64,000 nt of DNA, taken from Octopus sinensis (lineage: Eukaryota). The translations under genes and the position numbers were made by a program. The DNA lies in assembly GCF_006345805.1 (NCBI RefSeq), contig NC_042997.1, positions 119,164,001 to 119,228,000 on the forward strand, written 5' to 3'. Below are positions 11,552 to 24,781 of this stretch, in pieces (the stretch's first letter is position 1; every line of letters starts with the position of its first letter). The notes beneath the pieces were generated by a model. It had not been told where the DNA came from. It did not search any database and saw nothing but the letters and a program-made list of their open reading frames with translations.

Positions 11552-12299
11552 AAAGGCTTCTAATAATTATTTTAGTCTTGCCTCAACCCTTTTGCCTATA
11601 CTTGTTCAAAGGTCTATGTTTTTTTAGACAATCATACTTTTCGTTTAATTCAACCAGCATGTTACAGAGAGAAGAACTTGTGATGCAATGCAATTTCTTG
11701 GCAAACATAATTACATAATTAATGTGTAATAATCGAAAATTGTCAGAAAATCACATATAGACGACTAAATGCTATCTCAATGAACCACAAATTCAGAACT
11801 ATAATTTGAACTAATATATCTAAACAGGTCTTCAGTCAGACATAATTCTTTGTAATGAATCAAACTGCATTAAATATGTTCAGAGATAACTATCAACTAC
11901 CAACTACCAACTCAAAGAAAAAATGGTCTTGAGAATAATAATAATGATAATAATTCTGAATCTGTTAATTTGATAGTTCAAAGAAACGTACGCGCACGCG
12001 TGTGTATCTATGTAAGTGTGTGTGCATAGGCTGATTGAAGTTGTTTACAGATTTAATGTGTTAAGGAAAAGAAAATATTCTGGATTTGAGTGGAAAATAA
12101 CTATTTTGTGCTTTCATCTCTTTCAAGGACTTATCATGAATGATTTCTTATAGAATATTCATAACTTTTATATACATGTAATTTAGTTGAAAAGAAAAGG
12201 CCAGAGTTAAATTTGTTCTCCTAAGTTTTAGAAAGAGGGTATTTTGGGAGTGGTTACGATGTTTGTTATTTTGAATCGAAGTGTGCGTGCATAAATCAT

Positions 12300-12560
12300 G
12301 TCATCACGTTGCCGACCAGGCTATCCGAGGTTGTTGAACATCACTGGTCACAATGCACTTTTATATTGCTTTAGACTTCAAATGATGCCACCCCTCTGGC
12401 TAGGTGAGCAGGCCGACATACCTTAATGATCGAAAGTCAGACGGGCGCAATGTGATATAAAATGTTTTGTTCAAGAATACAACATGCCTACAAGTAAGGA
12501 AATCGAACCCACAATCTAGCGATCGTTTAACAGACTAATCACTAGGCTGTGCACCTTCAC
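12300..12560 (-). mobile_element. Degenerate tRNA-derived SINE (family C-like)
   Basis: Minus strand has an A-box-like cctagtgattag, B-box gggttcgattt and gtattcttgaacaaaacatt resembling 30668-30900. Confidence 0.5.
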
Positions 12561-12580
12561 TGTGTGCATATATATTTATA

Positions 12581-14105
12581 CAGTTACGGCCAAAATGTTC
12601 AGAACGGCATTGTTTTCGTCAGAAAAGTAGATATAATTTTTTATTGAAGTTGTTTTATATTGTATAATTTTCACAGACAATAAATACGATATTATTCGTT
12701 ATTGCCTGAGATTTTGGTGTAATTTGAGAGGATAATACAAAAGTTATGGATGATTTAGTGATTTACTGCAAAACCCATGGCGGCCAAAATGATCAGAACG
12801 GTTGCTTTTACTCCGTGTTTTAGTATATTTAACCGGCGAACTCTAATGTTTTGAATTTGTTTACGTGACAGTTCGTAAACTAAACATTAGTAAGAATATT
12901 TGCAGTGTGCTTTGTTAATATACTCCGTTACCAATTTGTCAGCAGATTATTAAGCTTCGAAGGAAGGATAATTTAAGTATCGGGTCTATTGCAAAGATTG
13001 TTAACAAGTCAAAAAGTGTTGTACACGGTATTCTTAAGGTCTACGATGATTGTAGTTCGTGTGAAGCAAGAAAGTTTACAGGTAGGCCAAGAAAAACGAC
13101 CAAGAGAGAAGATCGTGCTATGGTAAAGTCGGTTAAAAAGGACAGATTTAAAACTGCTGCTGCTGTTTCTCAGAAAATGAGCATTGTATTGAAGAAAACT
13201 TTATCTCGAAAAACACTGTGTCTCATCGTTTAGTTGAACATGACCTACAAGCAAGAGCACCTGCAGTGAAGCCACTGATCAGCTCCAAGAATAAAAAGTG
13301 TCGTCTTGCCATTGCAACCAAACACGCGTTGTGGTCTCAAGAAAAATGGCAAACGGTGCTTTTCAGTGATGAATCTAAGTTTATACTATTTGGTTCATCG
13401 AAAAGTAGGTGAAAAATTGTCGCCTAAATGCCTTAAGACTAGTGTTAAATTCGGTGGAGGAAGTGTCATGGTTTGGGGGATGATATCTGGAGTTGGTGTG
13501 GGCCCTTTGCTGCGATTACATGAAAAGGTAAATGCAGGAGTTTATAAACAACTTGTAAAAGATCATGTCTTGCCTTTGCTGAGAAATTCAACTGAGCGAC
13601 CACCCATATTCATGCAGGACAATGCTCCATGTCACAAGGCTAAGGTGGTCATGAACTTCCTCAAGGCTGAAAAGGTTATTGTTATGGATTGGCCTGCTCA
13701 AAGCCCAGATCTCAATCCTATTGAAAATGTGTGGAATATTCTAGGAGACGGTTCGAAAGCCAGAAATCCTAAAACAACTGAGCAATTATGGAATGCCCTT
13801 CAGGAAGAATGGAATAAGATCACCCAGCAAGAAATTGAAAATTTAATTTCCTCGTGCAGTCGAAGATGTCAGAGTGTGATTGAAGCTAAAGGGCTTCACA
13901 CTAAATATTAAATAATTCCAGTATTCTCTGTCATTTTTGACTATTTTGTTATTTTTTCAACCGTTCTTATCATTATGGCCGCCATGGGTTTTGCAGTAAA
14001 TCACTAAATTTGTGAAATTTATAGAATATAAAAAAACTTTAATAAAAAAGTATATCTACTTTTCTAACGAAAACAATGTCGTTCTGAACATTTTGGCCGC
14101 AACTG
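12581..14105 (+). mobile_element. Tc1-family transposon with long IR/DR terminal repeats and TA target duplication
   Basis: cagttacggccaaaatgttcagaacg / cgttctgaacattttggccgcaactg ends; inner repeat ggccaaaatgatcagaacgg; TA on both sides. Confidence 0.92.
12960..13911 (+). pseudogene. Tc1 DD34E transposase, frameshifted
   Basis: FSDESKF, GGGSVMVWG, FMQDNAPCH and WPAQSPDLNPIENVW motifs split over ORFs 13218..13412 and 13306..13911. Confidence 0.9.
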
Positions 14106-14974
14106 TATATGTGTATTTGTGTGTGTGATTAACTGTATTCGCGTGTGTTGATTTCGTGTTGGTTTTTTAAGTGTACTTTCCAGTTATTTTAGTAACAGTA
14201 ATGAGAAAGTTATGAATAACAGTATCCAACAGCAAACTGGTTTGTTTTCGTCTGGAAAATTAAGATAAAAAAAGAATTTCGTATTGTTTTATAAATATGT
14301 TTCATAAACGATAATTTCGTTATAGTTTATATGTAAATCCATTGCTTTTTTGATAATTTGGATCAACCTTTGGGCATTTGTAGAAGCGGAAAGTCATGAT
14401 AGTACTGCCTCAGCAGATTTCAAGATGTTAGCTCAGCGGATCATACATAATTATTTTCGTCGTCTAATTTGTCTACGAATTCTTGTATGTTTATAAATAA
14501 AATTGTTGGTTTCGCCAATATAAGTTCCAAGAAGTGAAATCAGCATTGCGACGATATCAGATGCATTAGAAAGAAGAATTACTAGAACCGCAAGTTTGGA
14601 GAAGAGGCTCGTGGCGCCTTGGCATCTGACTGGCCTTTTGAGGGGCTTCGAAGTCGACAGTAGCAAAGCCGGGGAGAATGTTTCTAAATGTATAGCAGAA
14701 GCTTCGGTATAGAATACATGTATCGCGTTTACACGCATAAATTACAGCGACATGTATATGTATGTACACCCCACCATACACCAGAAAAATAACACAAACG
14801 AATACCTGTTCTTCTAGAACAGAAACGCACGCACTCATATACTTAAATACAAATACAAGGAGTACATACTTACGCACATACAAACCAATATATGCATCCT
14901 AAACACCTCACGCACGCACACGTATACAGCCAGCATTAAAGCACATCTATACGCACGCAAACACACATACACAC

Positions 14975-15013
<39 letters not shown>

Positions 15014-15020
15014 TACATAT

Positions 15021-15480
15021 ACTCTTTTACTCTTTTAATTGTTTCAGTCATTTGACTGTGGCTATGCTGGAGCACCACCCTTAGTCGACCAAATCGATCC
15101 CAGGCCTTATTCTTTGTAAGCCTAGTACTTATTCTATCGTCCACTTTTGCCGAACCGCTAGGTTACGGGGACATAAACACACCAGCATCGGTTGTCAAGT
15201 GATGTTGGGGGGACAAACACAGACACAAACATACACACACACAGACACACTCACACACACACGCGCGCGCACACACACAAACACACGCACACACACACAG
15301 TCACACATACACTCACACACACACAGGCATATATATATATATATACATACGGCAGGCATACTTTCAGTTTCCGTCTACCAAATCCACTCACAAGGCTTTG
15401 GTCGGACCGACGCTATAGTAGAAGACGTTTGCCCATGTGGTTCGTAAGCAAGCTACTTAGCACACAGCCACTCCTGCGCC
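15021..15480 (-). mobile_element. SINE family B, full length with internal (CA)n
   Basis: Reverse complement runs from ggcgcaggagtggctgtgtgc (tRNA-like head) to cagtcaaatgactgaaac..aaaagagt. Confidence 0.85.
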
Positions 15481-16999
15481 TATGTATGTATATATATATA
15501 TATATATATAATTTATAATTATATACGTATGTCGTGAAAGGAATTACATTTTTCTTAACTTGGATCTATATGTGCAAATATGTGTATGCACAAGTGTGAA
15601 TTTGCGTTGTACGGTATGTATAATTATTTGTATTTATATTTCCCGTGTATCGTGTTGACGAAGGTAAAAAGTTTGTTTTTATGGTTTTAATCCAGAAATT
15701 GGATCCAATTCACAATTAACATGAATTTAAAAAAATATTATTTTACTGGCTCTGTTTCAAACATGTGTATATATATATATATATATATATAGTATGGAGT
15801 TTTCGGTAGTTTCTGAGTGCCTCGGCGCTTCAAGCATGTTAGAGATCGTTTTCGTCCTTGCTCCCTTAACATAATTATTCAAAGTATAAGTTACCTATGA
15901 ATTTTTATACTATTATAACTACGAGATAAAAATCATTAACGTGATTTTATCCTTATATTTTCTGTGCGTGTGTGTGTGTGTGTGTGTGCGTGTGTGTGTG
16001 TGTGTGCGTGTGTGTATGGTGACTGAAGACGGGGAATTTTCCTTGTGTTATTTGTCCTGTACTCTATTTGTTCGTTGTTTAAGAAAAATGTCCAGTTCCT
16101 TGGTTTTGTGTTTATGTTTTCGTTTCTCATTGTGTTCGACGTTTTTTTGGTGTCCTGTACCCATATATACATGTATATATACATGTAGAGGTAGGTACGT
16201 ACATATATGTATGTATATATGCATATGTTTTATTTATTAATTTAGTATATATTATATATATATATATATTATATATACTATATATATATATATATTATAT
16301 ATATACTTGCGTGTGATGGAGCGATTAGCAGAATGTAACTGTTGTTGTCTATGTTGGAATCTAAGGTGATAATGTTGACTCCACAAAAGAAAGACAGTGA
16401 CCGAAGCTTTAGATAGCATATTTGCTTTTATATTAGATATGATTAAAGCCAAACCACGACGAGTAGGCGTGTATAAATACAGAGAGAAAGCATACGAAGC
16501 AACGAGAATTATATTTGCTTGTTAAAGGGTAGATAGTGTTGAACTTTACATATTCCCCTATTCCCCGTCGTTTTAACAGCAGTAACTAAATTGATTAAGT
16601 GATGTGTTGAAACCAAAGTGAATGAGGAGTGGTGAGTACCATAGCTGTCCGACTTTGGTGCTCTGTCGAGACGGTATTTCGAACTAGTGTAGCTGCCCTC
16701 TCTTGGTTGCCCTCACAAACTGATTTTTCCCTTAGGCATTCTGGTATTAATAATTATGTAGGCTAGCTAGGAAAATGGACAGTGACTGAATTAATGTAGG
16801 TCACTCCATATCAATTTCAAATTTTCATGGTATAGAAAATGTTAAGAGTCAAGTGGAAAACACATATATCAGCGATTTCCCCTGACAAAACAATAGGTCG
16901 TAAGACTAGGGAGGATTTAGAGATTCAGTTTTGAATCTCAGCTTGGGCCAAGCGAGATCCTCCACACTCATATATATATAATGATATTATAAGATATAT

Positions 17000-17058
<59 letters not shown>

Positions 17059-17876
17059 ATTTATATACATACATACATACACAGACACAGACACAGACAC
17101 AAACACACACACACACACATATATATATATATTTAAATGGATTGATTGATAGATAGATGGATACATATTTATATATAATTAATGAGAGAAGGAAGATAAA
17201 TGATGCGGGAATATTTATTAATCACTACATTTGTTTCCATCCATCTAGCATCGATCTCTCACGGATAGAATTCTTAACAGGTTTAAAGGTATCCATCGGT
17301 GTAGATATCTCTTTGCGGGTGATAATAAGATGTATCGTGTTAAAATAACTTCTGCTATGCAAAATATATCTTTTCGGTTTGTGAAAAGGAAAGCAGCAGA
17401 TTTAAGGTTACTGCTTCATTTTTATAGGAGGCCAATAGTAAATAACAGATGCAAAAAGAAACTGATAAATGATACTGTGCAAAAAGTATTAAATACCTAA
17501 TAACATTTTCGCTGTATTGTGTATTCGATTGCGTGTCATTATCATCCGAAGAGACACAGCTATACTGGCCGCTACTCCTAAACCACTACACCACCCATGA
17601 GTGATCGTTGCTAGATAGGTCAAAACAATTGTAGTGATATATAATTTTTCTTCCATCTTCCGTCTCTCTCATTAATCAAATACCCAACGTACATTGTGAA
17701 AGTGAACGTGCTTTACCGCTAAGCTAGCAGGTGAATAACATACGAAGTATTATATTTATATATATATATCAGTATATATAATCTTTATATATGCAAGTTG
17801 ATGTATGTATGTATGTATGTATGTATGTATGTATGTATGTATGTATGTATGTATGTATGTATGTTATGTATATATA

Positions 17877-17925
<49 letters not shown>

Positions 17926-19340
17926 CATGTATATATCTATGTATGTATCATAAAAATAAGAAGCAAGTTTAACTGATTTAATATAAATGTGAGATAGGTA
18001 TTCGATGCAACTTTTATAGAAATATTTTCTCGGATTATGTTCGACATATTTCCATCGAAACCATTTCAGTGTTCTACATTATGTAGTTTTTCATTTCTTT
18101 CGAGTTTGAAAGTTTCGTTTCCTAAACTAAAGATCTTTCAGCAGTAAGTTCAGCGTAGAAGTATAATATATTAATGTTTTTTCAGTAAGCCACTGGTATA
18201 TGTGAAAGACTGTGCTACACAACTATTTCAATACGGCTGCATTTCGGGGAAAGTAGTAACCATCAATCTCTTCGGTATAAAAGATGGTCATATCCGCTCT
18301 TAATATGAACGGCAGCGTTAATGGTTTCTTGACCTTGTTCTGGTGAGTATGTATAAAATGTTTTAAGCAAGATACATATTTTACTTTCTCCAAAGGTGGA
18401 TGTCTGAACAAAATAAACTTAAATTCCGCGACGGGGTTTTGAAGCACTTAACTATGAGTATGCTAGCAAGTCAATAAAAAATGGATACATAGTTCCATGA
18501 ACGATTGCAGTCATCCAATTATAATACATTCAAGATAATAATAATTAAGGTATTCTTTACTGTAATTATTAAAATGCTAGTAACACGTTTTATGCTTGTA
18601 TAATACTGGAATTTTAGAGTCTTGGTTCAAATCCTACTGTGCTGAACATACTCTTTCATCTCTTCATTGTCGATAAAATAACGTATCTGTCAAAGACTGA
18701 AATCAATCATTTCGATTAATCTTCTCCCCTGAGAATTACTCGCCTTGTACCCAAATGAGAAACCTTTAATAAAATAGCAACAAGAGGCTTCTACCAAAGC
18801 AGTGTATTTGCAAAGAAATAGGAACGCATTGGATAAGGTAACTTGCAGAATTAGTCGGAGAATCATAAGACATTATATATTGACTGCGGAAATGTTGTGT
18901 TTCCTCTGTATGAAACTAATAGTAGCTCATATTGACATAATATTTATATTAAATGATAATTATCTCTCACTGGATAGGTACTTCATTTGTTTATTCCTAT
19001 AATAACAGATCACTATATATATATATATACCACACAGACAGATATATGCTTAGAAAGAAAGAAAGATTGAGAGATAGATACACACAAAATAGATAGATAG
19101 ATAAATACATAGAAAGAGATAGAAAGGTAGATGATAGACAGAAAAACAAATATACAGATACAGATAGCGAGAAAGCGAGAAAAACGAATTCAAAATATTC
19201 CCTGAAATGCGAATAACTTGTGCTTTTTGTTGATATTACGAATCTTTATACATTGAGAAATATATTTGTATCTATGTATGGAAACGTGTAGTCATGCAAG
19301 TAGTCAAGAAAATATGTATGCATGTATCTCGCCCTTTCTG

Positions 19341-19391
<51 letters not shown>

Positions 19392-19418
19392 AGGGCGAGA
19401 TACATGCATACATATTTT

Positions 19419-19464
<46 letters not shown>

Positions 19465-19691
19465 GAGGATAATATCGATATTTAAGTGTCGAAATTATCA
19501 AGTGGCCAGCATGAAAGAAATACCTTACAAAGGTAAAAAAAAATTCTAACAATTAAAAATGAGGGTGTCTACAAGACACCAACATGCCGAAATAGCAGTC
19601 GAAACACTGACTATAGTACCACGTTAAATGTTCATATCGCACCATGAGGTAAAGCGGAGGGACAAAACATACAAGCAAAAATTATTGAATA

Positions 19692-19751
19692 ATTCAAGAT
19701 CCAAGGATTTCTGGTTCTGCTTTAGATAAGCTTTACCGTCATCAATTGAAT
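19692..19751 (-). ncRNA. Type I hammerhead motif (array C)
   Basis: ATTCAA-TTGATGA-C-GGT...ACC-A-GAAA-TCC-TT-GGA-T-C-TTGAAT on the minus strand. Confidence 0.62.
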
Positions 19752-20072
19752 ATATCAAGGGTACATCAATACAGATATATATATGCAAAGCATATATATG
19801 CTATTTCGGCATGTTGGTGTCTTTTAGACACCCTCATTTTTAATTGTTAAAAAATTTTTTTACCTTTGTAAGGTATTTCTTTCATGCTGGCCACTTGATA
19901 ATTTATTTCACTGCGGTGCTTATTTTAACCATATCGTACTTATGCGGTGATTTGGCGGGCGATTCAAACTGGCTGTGTCCATACGTGCATATGTATGTAT
20001 GTACGACGCTCGTATATGTAAGTATATCGTTTGCTGTGCATATATATATCCGTATTGATGTACCCTTGATAT

Positions 20073-20132
20073 ATTCAATTGATGACGGTAAAGCTTATCT
20101 AAAGCAGAATCAGAAATCCTTGGATCTTGAAT
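20073..20132 (+). ncRNA. Type I hammerhead motif (array C); predicted cut after 20126
   Basis: 6-bp stem I ATTCAA/TTGAAT, UUGAUGA core variant, stem III ATCC-TT-GGAT, AUC triplet. Confidence 0.62.
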
Positions 20133-20279
20133 TATTCAATAATTTTTGCTTGTATGTTTTTTCCCTCCGCTTTACCTCATGGTGCGATATGAACATTTAA
20201 CGTGGTACTATAGTCAGTGTTTCGACTGCTATTTCGGCATGTTGGTGTCTTTTAGACACCCTCATTTTTAATTGTTAAT

Positions 20280-20326
<47 letters not shown>

Positions 20327-20417
20327 ACATGTATATGCACATGCATACGTAGATGCATATATATATGTACACATATACACCACATATACATATATATGTA
20401 TGTATATATGCATAATA

Positions 20418-20463
<46 letters not shown>

Positions 20464-21439
20464 CTCTTCCCGCTCCCTCTCTCTCTCCCTATATATATAT
20501 ATATATGTGGTATGCAAATGGGTGTGTGCCTGCATGGGTGCGTGTGCCCGCTTGTGACTGAATGAGAATTGCTATGCATTTTGAAAAACATTGCAAGAAA
20601 GGAATTAAAATCATATTTGTAAGCCTTATTTCTATACATGCATTGTTTAACATTTTATAATGCACTGTGGATGTGTATTTTCTTTAATGTTTAATACGTA
20701 CAGCCATTTGTTATAAGATAGCCTATAAACTATGGATGAATTATGAAACATCAATATAACATGTTTCTAGATTTCTACAAAAAAACCTAAGTTTTTTATG
20801 TAGTTTTAATTAGTTATGCGTTTTAGTTTTGACAGTATCTCTGTGGTTATTATGTCCAACAAATCATTTCAACAAAGGGAACATTGTTACAAACGTTTTG
20901 TTAGCATAATCAATATGAACCGAAGTATATAACTCAACTCCTGTAGCTATCTTTTCAAGGATTCAACAACGCTACGAATATATGTATGTGGAATTATAGC
21001 TAAATGCATATTTGTTCTCGTATTTTAATGTATTATATCTTTCGGAAGTTGATGTAAGTTATATTTTTCGTCTCTATAAAACTTTTTCTACAGAATATTG
21101 GATAGGAGTCAAAAATTTATGTATTATAATTTTCTATTGTGAACAATAATATCGAATGAACAATAATATCGTAAACATTTCATAAATCATTTGTGATCAG
21201 TTGCTAGAGAGCAATTGTTAAAATACTTTCCCTTCTGCTGTGGCAAACTGGAGTCTTTCAAATTGCAAAATAATTTGGTAATAGAATTTTCTTTTCCTTT
21301 TTATGTAGCTTAAGTACAGAAAGTTTCTCAACTAAACAGAACATTACACACAAAGAGGCGCGCGTACACATATGCATATAAACGTATTTAGTGCATATAC
21401 ATACACACACATACACAAGCACGCACACACACACACACA

Positions 21440-21498
<59 letters not shown>

Positions 21499-22164
21499 GT
21501 ATGTATGAGAATATTTTAAAAAGATATTCTGTATTCTGTAATGCAACACCTGAGGTCATCTTATAATGTAAATAGTAAGATGTATTTGGTCAATAAAACG
21601 TCCGCAGTAAGATGAAATATGGTAATAGAGAAGCGAATATCTTACATTAAAATTAGACTTGCTTTATGCAAAAAGTAATCCACTGTAAAGTGCAATCGCT
21701 GTTAACATGTACATGACAATCTTTCGTCTAAAGATAAGAGAGGCCATTTACTTCGAAACTGCAAATCAATATACGACGTGAGATAACTGAGTGATCCACA
21801 TATGTGTTGTATAGACAGCTTTCTAACAGATATGGAATAAAAGTGATAAGCAGCTGTATCAATTACAATGCATTAAGATATAGTAAGAAAATAATGATTT
21901 AAACCTGACACTTTGCGCACAAGAGCAGACAGAGTATTTTGAAGTATTAGCTTTGTTGAATATATATGGTTGCCGCTGGTGGCTGAATAATACTTCACAC
22001 AGATTTTATCCGACACAAACATACTTAGCTAAGTTTATTTTATCTTATTTAAACTAAGTTTTGTAAAGTTTAGCAGAAACAATAACTGAAAGAAATGCAT
22101 GTGAGGAAGTTATGGAAGTTATTATTAGTATCATTTACTTTCATGAAGAGTTACGTGAATCTTT

Positions 22165-22165
22165 A

Positions 22166-22256
<91 letters not shown>

Positions 22257-22455
22257 TATTATTATTATTATTATGAACAACTCCGGCAATTTACGTTCTG
22301 AGCTCAAATTTCGACGAGGAAGAATTTTCCTTTCACGATTTAAGATCGATAAAATAAGTATCATTGATCCCTGGGATCGATGTATTTGACTATTAACATC
22401 GCTGCCAAAATGAAGGCCTTGCCTATAGTAACAAGAATTCTTGTTCTTCTTTTTG

Positions 22456-22489
<34 letters not shown>

Positions 22490-22815
22490 CTTCTTCTTCT
22501 TCTTCTTCGTCTTCTTCTTCGTCTTCTTCTTCTTCTCCACCTTCGTCTTCTTCTTGTTATCCTCCTCCTTCTTCTTCTTCTTCTCCTCCTCCTCCTCCTT
22601 TTTCTTCTTCTTCTTCTTCTTCTCTTCTTCTTCTTCTTTGTCTTCTTCTTCTCAGAACTTTCGATTCTCCTTGCTCTTTTGAATTATGTAAGAGCAACAT
22701 ATTCTCAAATTTATCAGAAGTACTTTTTCTTGCATACTTAGTACTCAAGTAGCAATTTAAAAATTATTATTGACCATATTTTCATCATCATCATCATCAT
22801 CATCATCACCATCAA

Positions 22816-22860
<45 letters not shown>

Positions 22861-22895
22861 ATCATCATCATCATCATCATATCATCATCATCATC
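22165..22895. repeat. Cluster of trinucleotide microsatellites: (AAT)n-(TAT)n, (TTG)n-(TTC)n, (CAT)n
   Basis: Visible at about 22165-22275, 22440-22655 and 22785-22895. Confidence 0.9.
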
Positions 22896-22942
22896 ATTTA
22901 ATATCTGGCCTAGTATACAATATAGTGAGATTGTTCATTGAA

Positions 22943-23172
22943 GGTGGCGAGCTGGCAGAATCGTTAGCACGCCGGGCGAAATGCGTAGCCGTATTTCGTC
23001 TGCCGTTACGTTCTGAGTTCAAATTCCGCCGAGGTCGACTTTGCCTTTCATCCTTTCGGGGTCGATAAATTAAGTACCAGTTACGCACTGGGGTCGATGT
23101 AATCGACTTAATCCGTATGTCTGTCCTTGTTTGTCCCCTCTATATTTAGCCCCTTGTGGGCAATAAAGAAAC
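22943..23172 (+). mobile_element. SINE family A, full length
   Basis: tRNA-like head (gctggcagaatcgttagc; gagttcaaattcc), central gcctttcatcctttcggggtcgataaattaagtaccag, tail tgtctgtccttgtttgtcccctct...caataaagaaa. Confidence 0.88.
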
Positions 23173-23199
23173 AGATATTGTGTGTACCCAGGGTGTACT

Positions 23200-23740
23200 G
23201 TCTGCCATGTCACATCAAGAATTTCGGACAGACAATGGTTTAAGCAATAAGCGTGCAATTCCAATTAATGCCGATGTTTGTAATATACCAAGATTGTTCG
23301 GTATTTCTAAACTTTCCAGCTGTTTTTTTTTCTGGTTGAGTAGCATTGAACCCAATATTCCGATGACAATACGGACAAACTTTACGTTTGACTCACGTAG
23401 CTGTCACATCTGGGTGATCGCAATTCTCAGATCTCCCTATTTCTCAATCTATTCTCTTTCATTTATGATATGTTAATGTCCTGGCACTGACACTGGATAT
23501 TAGGCATTCTCGCTTGTCCCTTCTAAAGGTTGCTATATCCGAGCTTCGATGCTTTAACAACTTATCTTTCTGGAATTCAAAGTCTTAGAGGAGTTTTGCC
23601 TTTCCCCTGTTCTTCATGTTCCGGAGAGCCACTGTTGTTGTATCTGATGTCTTGCCTATGTCCGTTAAATCCTTTTGGAAACATTCTGTTGTGCAGCCAA
23701 CATTAATCATTTTGTGTTTGGTGCATTCCGCTGCACCAAA
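23200..23740 (-). mobile_element. Degenerate RLE-type LINE 3' fragment
   Basis: Minus-strand hand translation KAKLL.DFEFQKDKLLKHRSSDIA and ILQTSALIGIARLL, homologous to 3806..4111. Confidence 0.65.
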
Positions 23741-23949
23741 CATATATATAAGCGAACATGATTTATCAACGTAATTTTTCTAAATCTTTAAATCTTTAAA
23801 TATTTAAATCTTTATACTAGTATCTCAGAAGATGACGGGTTAGGAGCAATAGCTTTTTCCCTAGGAGAATTCATTGATGAAATTTCAAGCTGAACTGGCC
23901 AGCAATTCATGAAAGTGGAATTAAAATTCATCCTTTAAAACAACTTCTT

Positions 23950-24420
23950 CATTTTCAATTAAAACGCCTACCAACAAATGTCTGGAACTGGAATGGGTAC
24001 ATAAGTCCCCCAGTATACGCCTAGAAGTCTAAATGTATGAACAAGCTAAAAAAAAGTGCAGTATCAACTTCCAAATTATCTGGTGAAAAATTGGAAACCA
24101 ACTATCATTCTTAGGCATTGTAATCGTTAACAATAACACAATATACAAACTGATGTCTACTCCAGACCAACGGACATTACACAGTACCTATAATTTTCTT
24201 CATGCCATTCAAAATAACAAATCCATTATTCCATTCAACCTAGCGAGAAGAATAAAAAAAATGACTACAATGCGGGTGTATAGAATAAAAAAAAATTCTC
24301 CTTGAATTAATGAAAGTACCCGTCTACTCTCACAGAGAATGGAAAAGAACGAACCAAAGCCAGAGACATTGAAGAATTACCAAAAACCAAAACGCAGTTC
24401 AGATGCACCGAAAACTCGTG
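23950..24420 (+). mobile_element. Degenerate Penelope-like RT/thumb fragment
   Basis: DVYSRPTD..QYL.FSSCH..IIPFNLARRI motif at about 24150-24255. Confidence 0.6.
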
Positions 24421-24734
24421 CGACTGCCACATGATCTTAATGGATGAACCTTCAGCAATCTACTTTCGAAACAACCTATTTTCGTAACAACGGCCAGAAT
24501 AGACATAATTCGTCACACAACGACATATAATATAGACTTTTGAACAGCTAATGTGAAACCGGTGAAGTGTGATCCTGTATTTTAAAAATATGATTAAAAT
24601 CTAATTAATTCTAATATATTCTATATGCATTTTCAACTTTATTTCTTCTTCCAATCACTCTTCATATGTGAGTGTGTATGTGAGTGTATGTGTGTATAGA
24701 GTAACTGATAACGAGAGAGAAAATGGGAGAGAGA

Positions 24735-24781
<47 letters not shown>

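Larger units (their letters stand above)
19492..20278. mobile_element. HHR array C: about 428-bp unit, inverted partial copy (19492-19787) plus about 1.1 tandem copies (19800-20278), near or flanked by (TA)n
   Basis: gctatttcggcatgttgg at 19800 and 20228; the left part is the reverse complement; one HHR motif per unit. Confidence 0.8.

Noticed and set aside
16022-16060. CTGAAGACGGGG as a hammerhead start
   Set aside because: No downstream GAAA or stem I partner.
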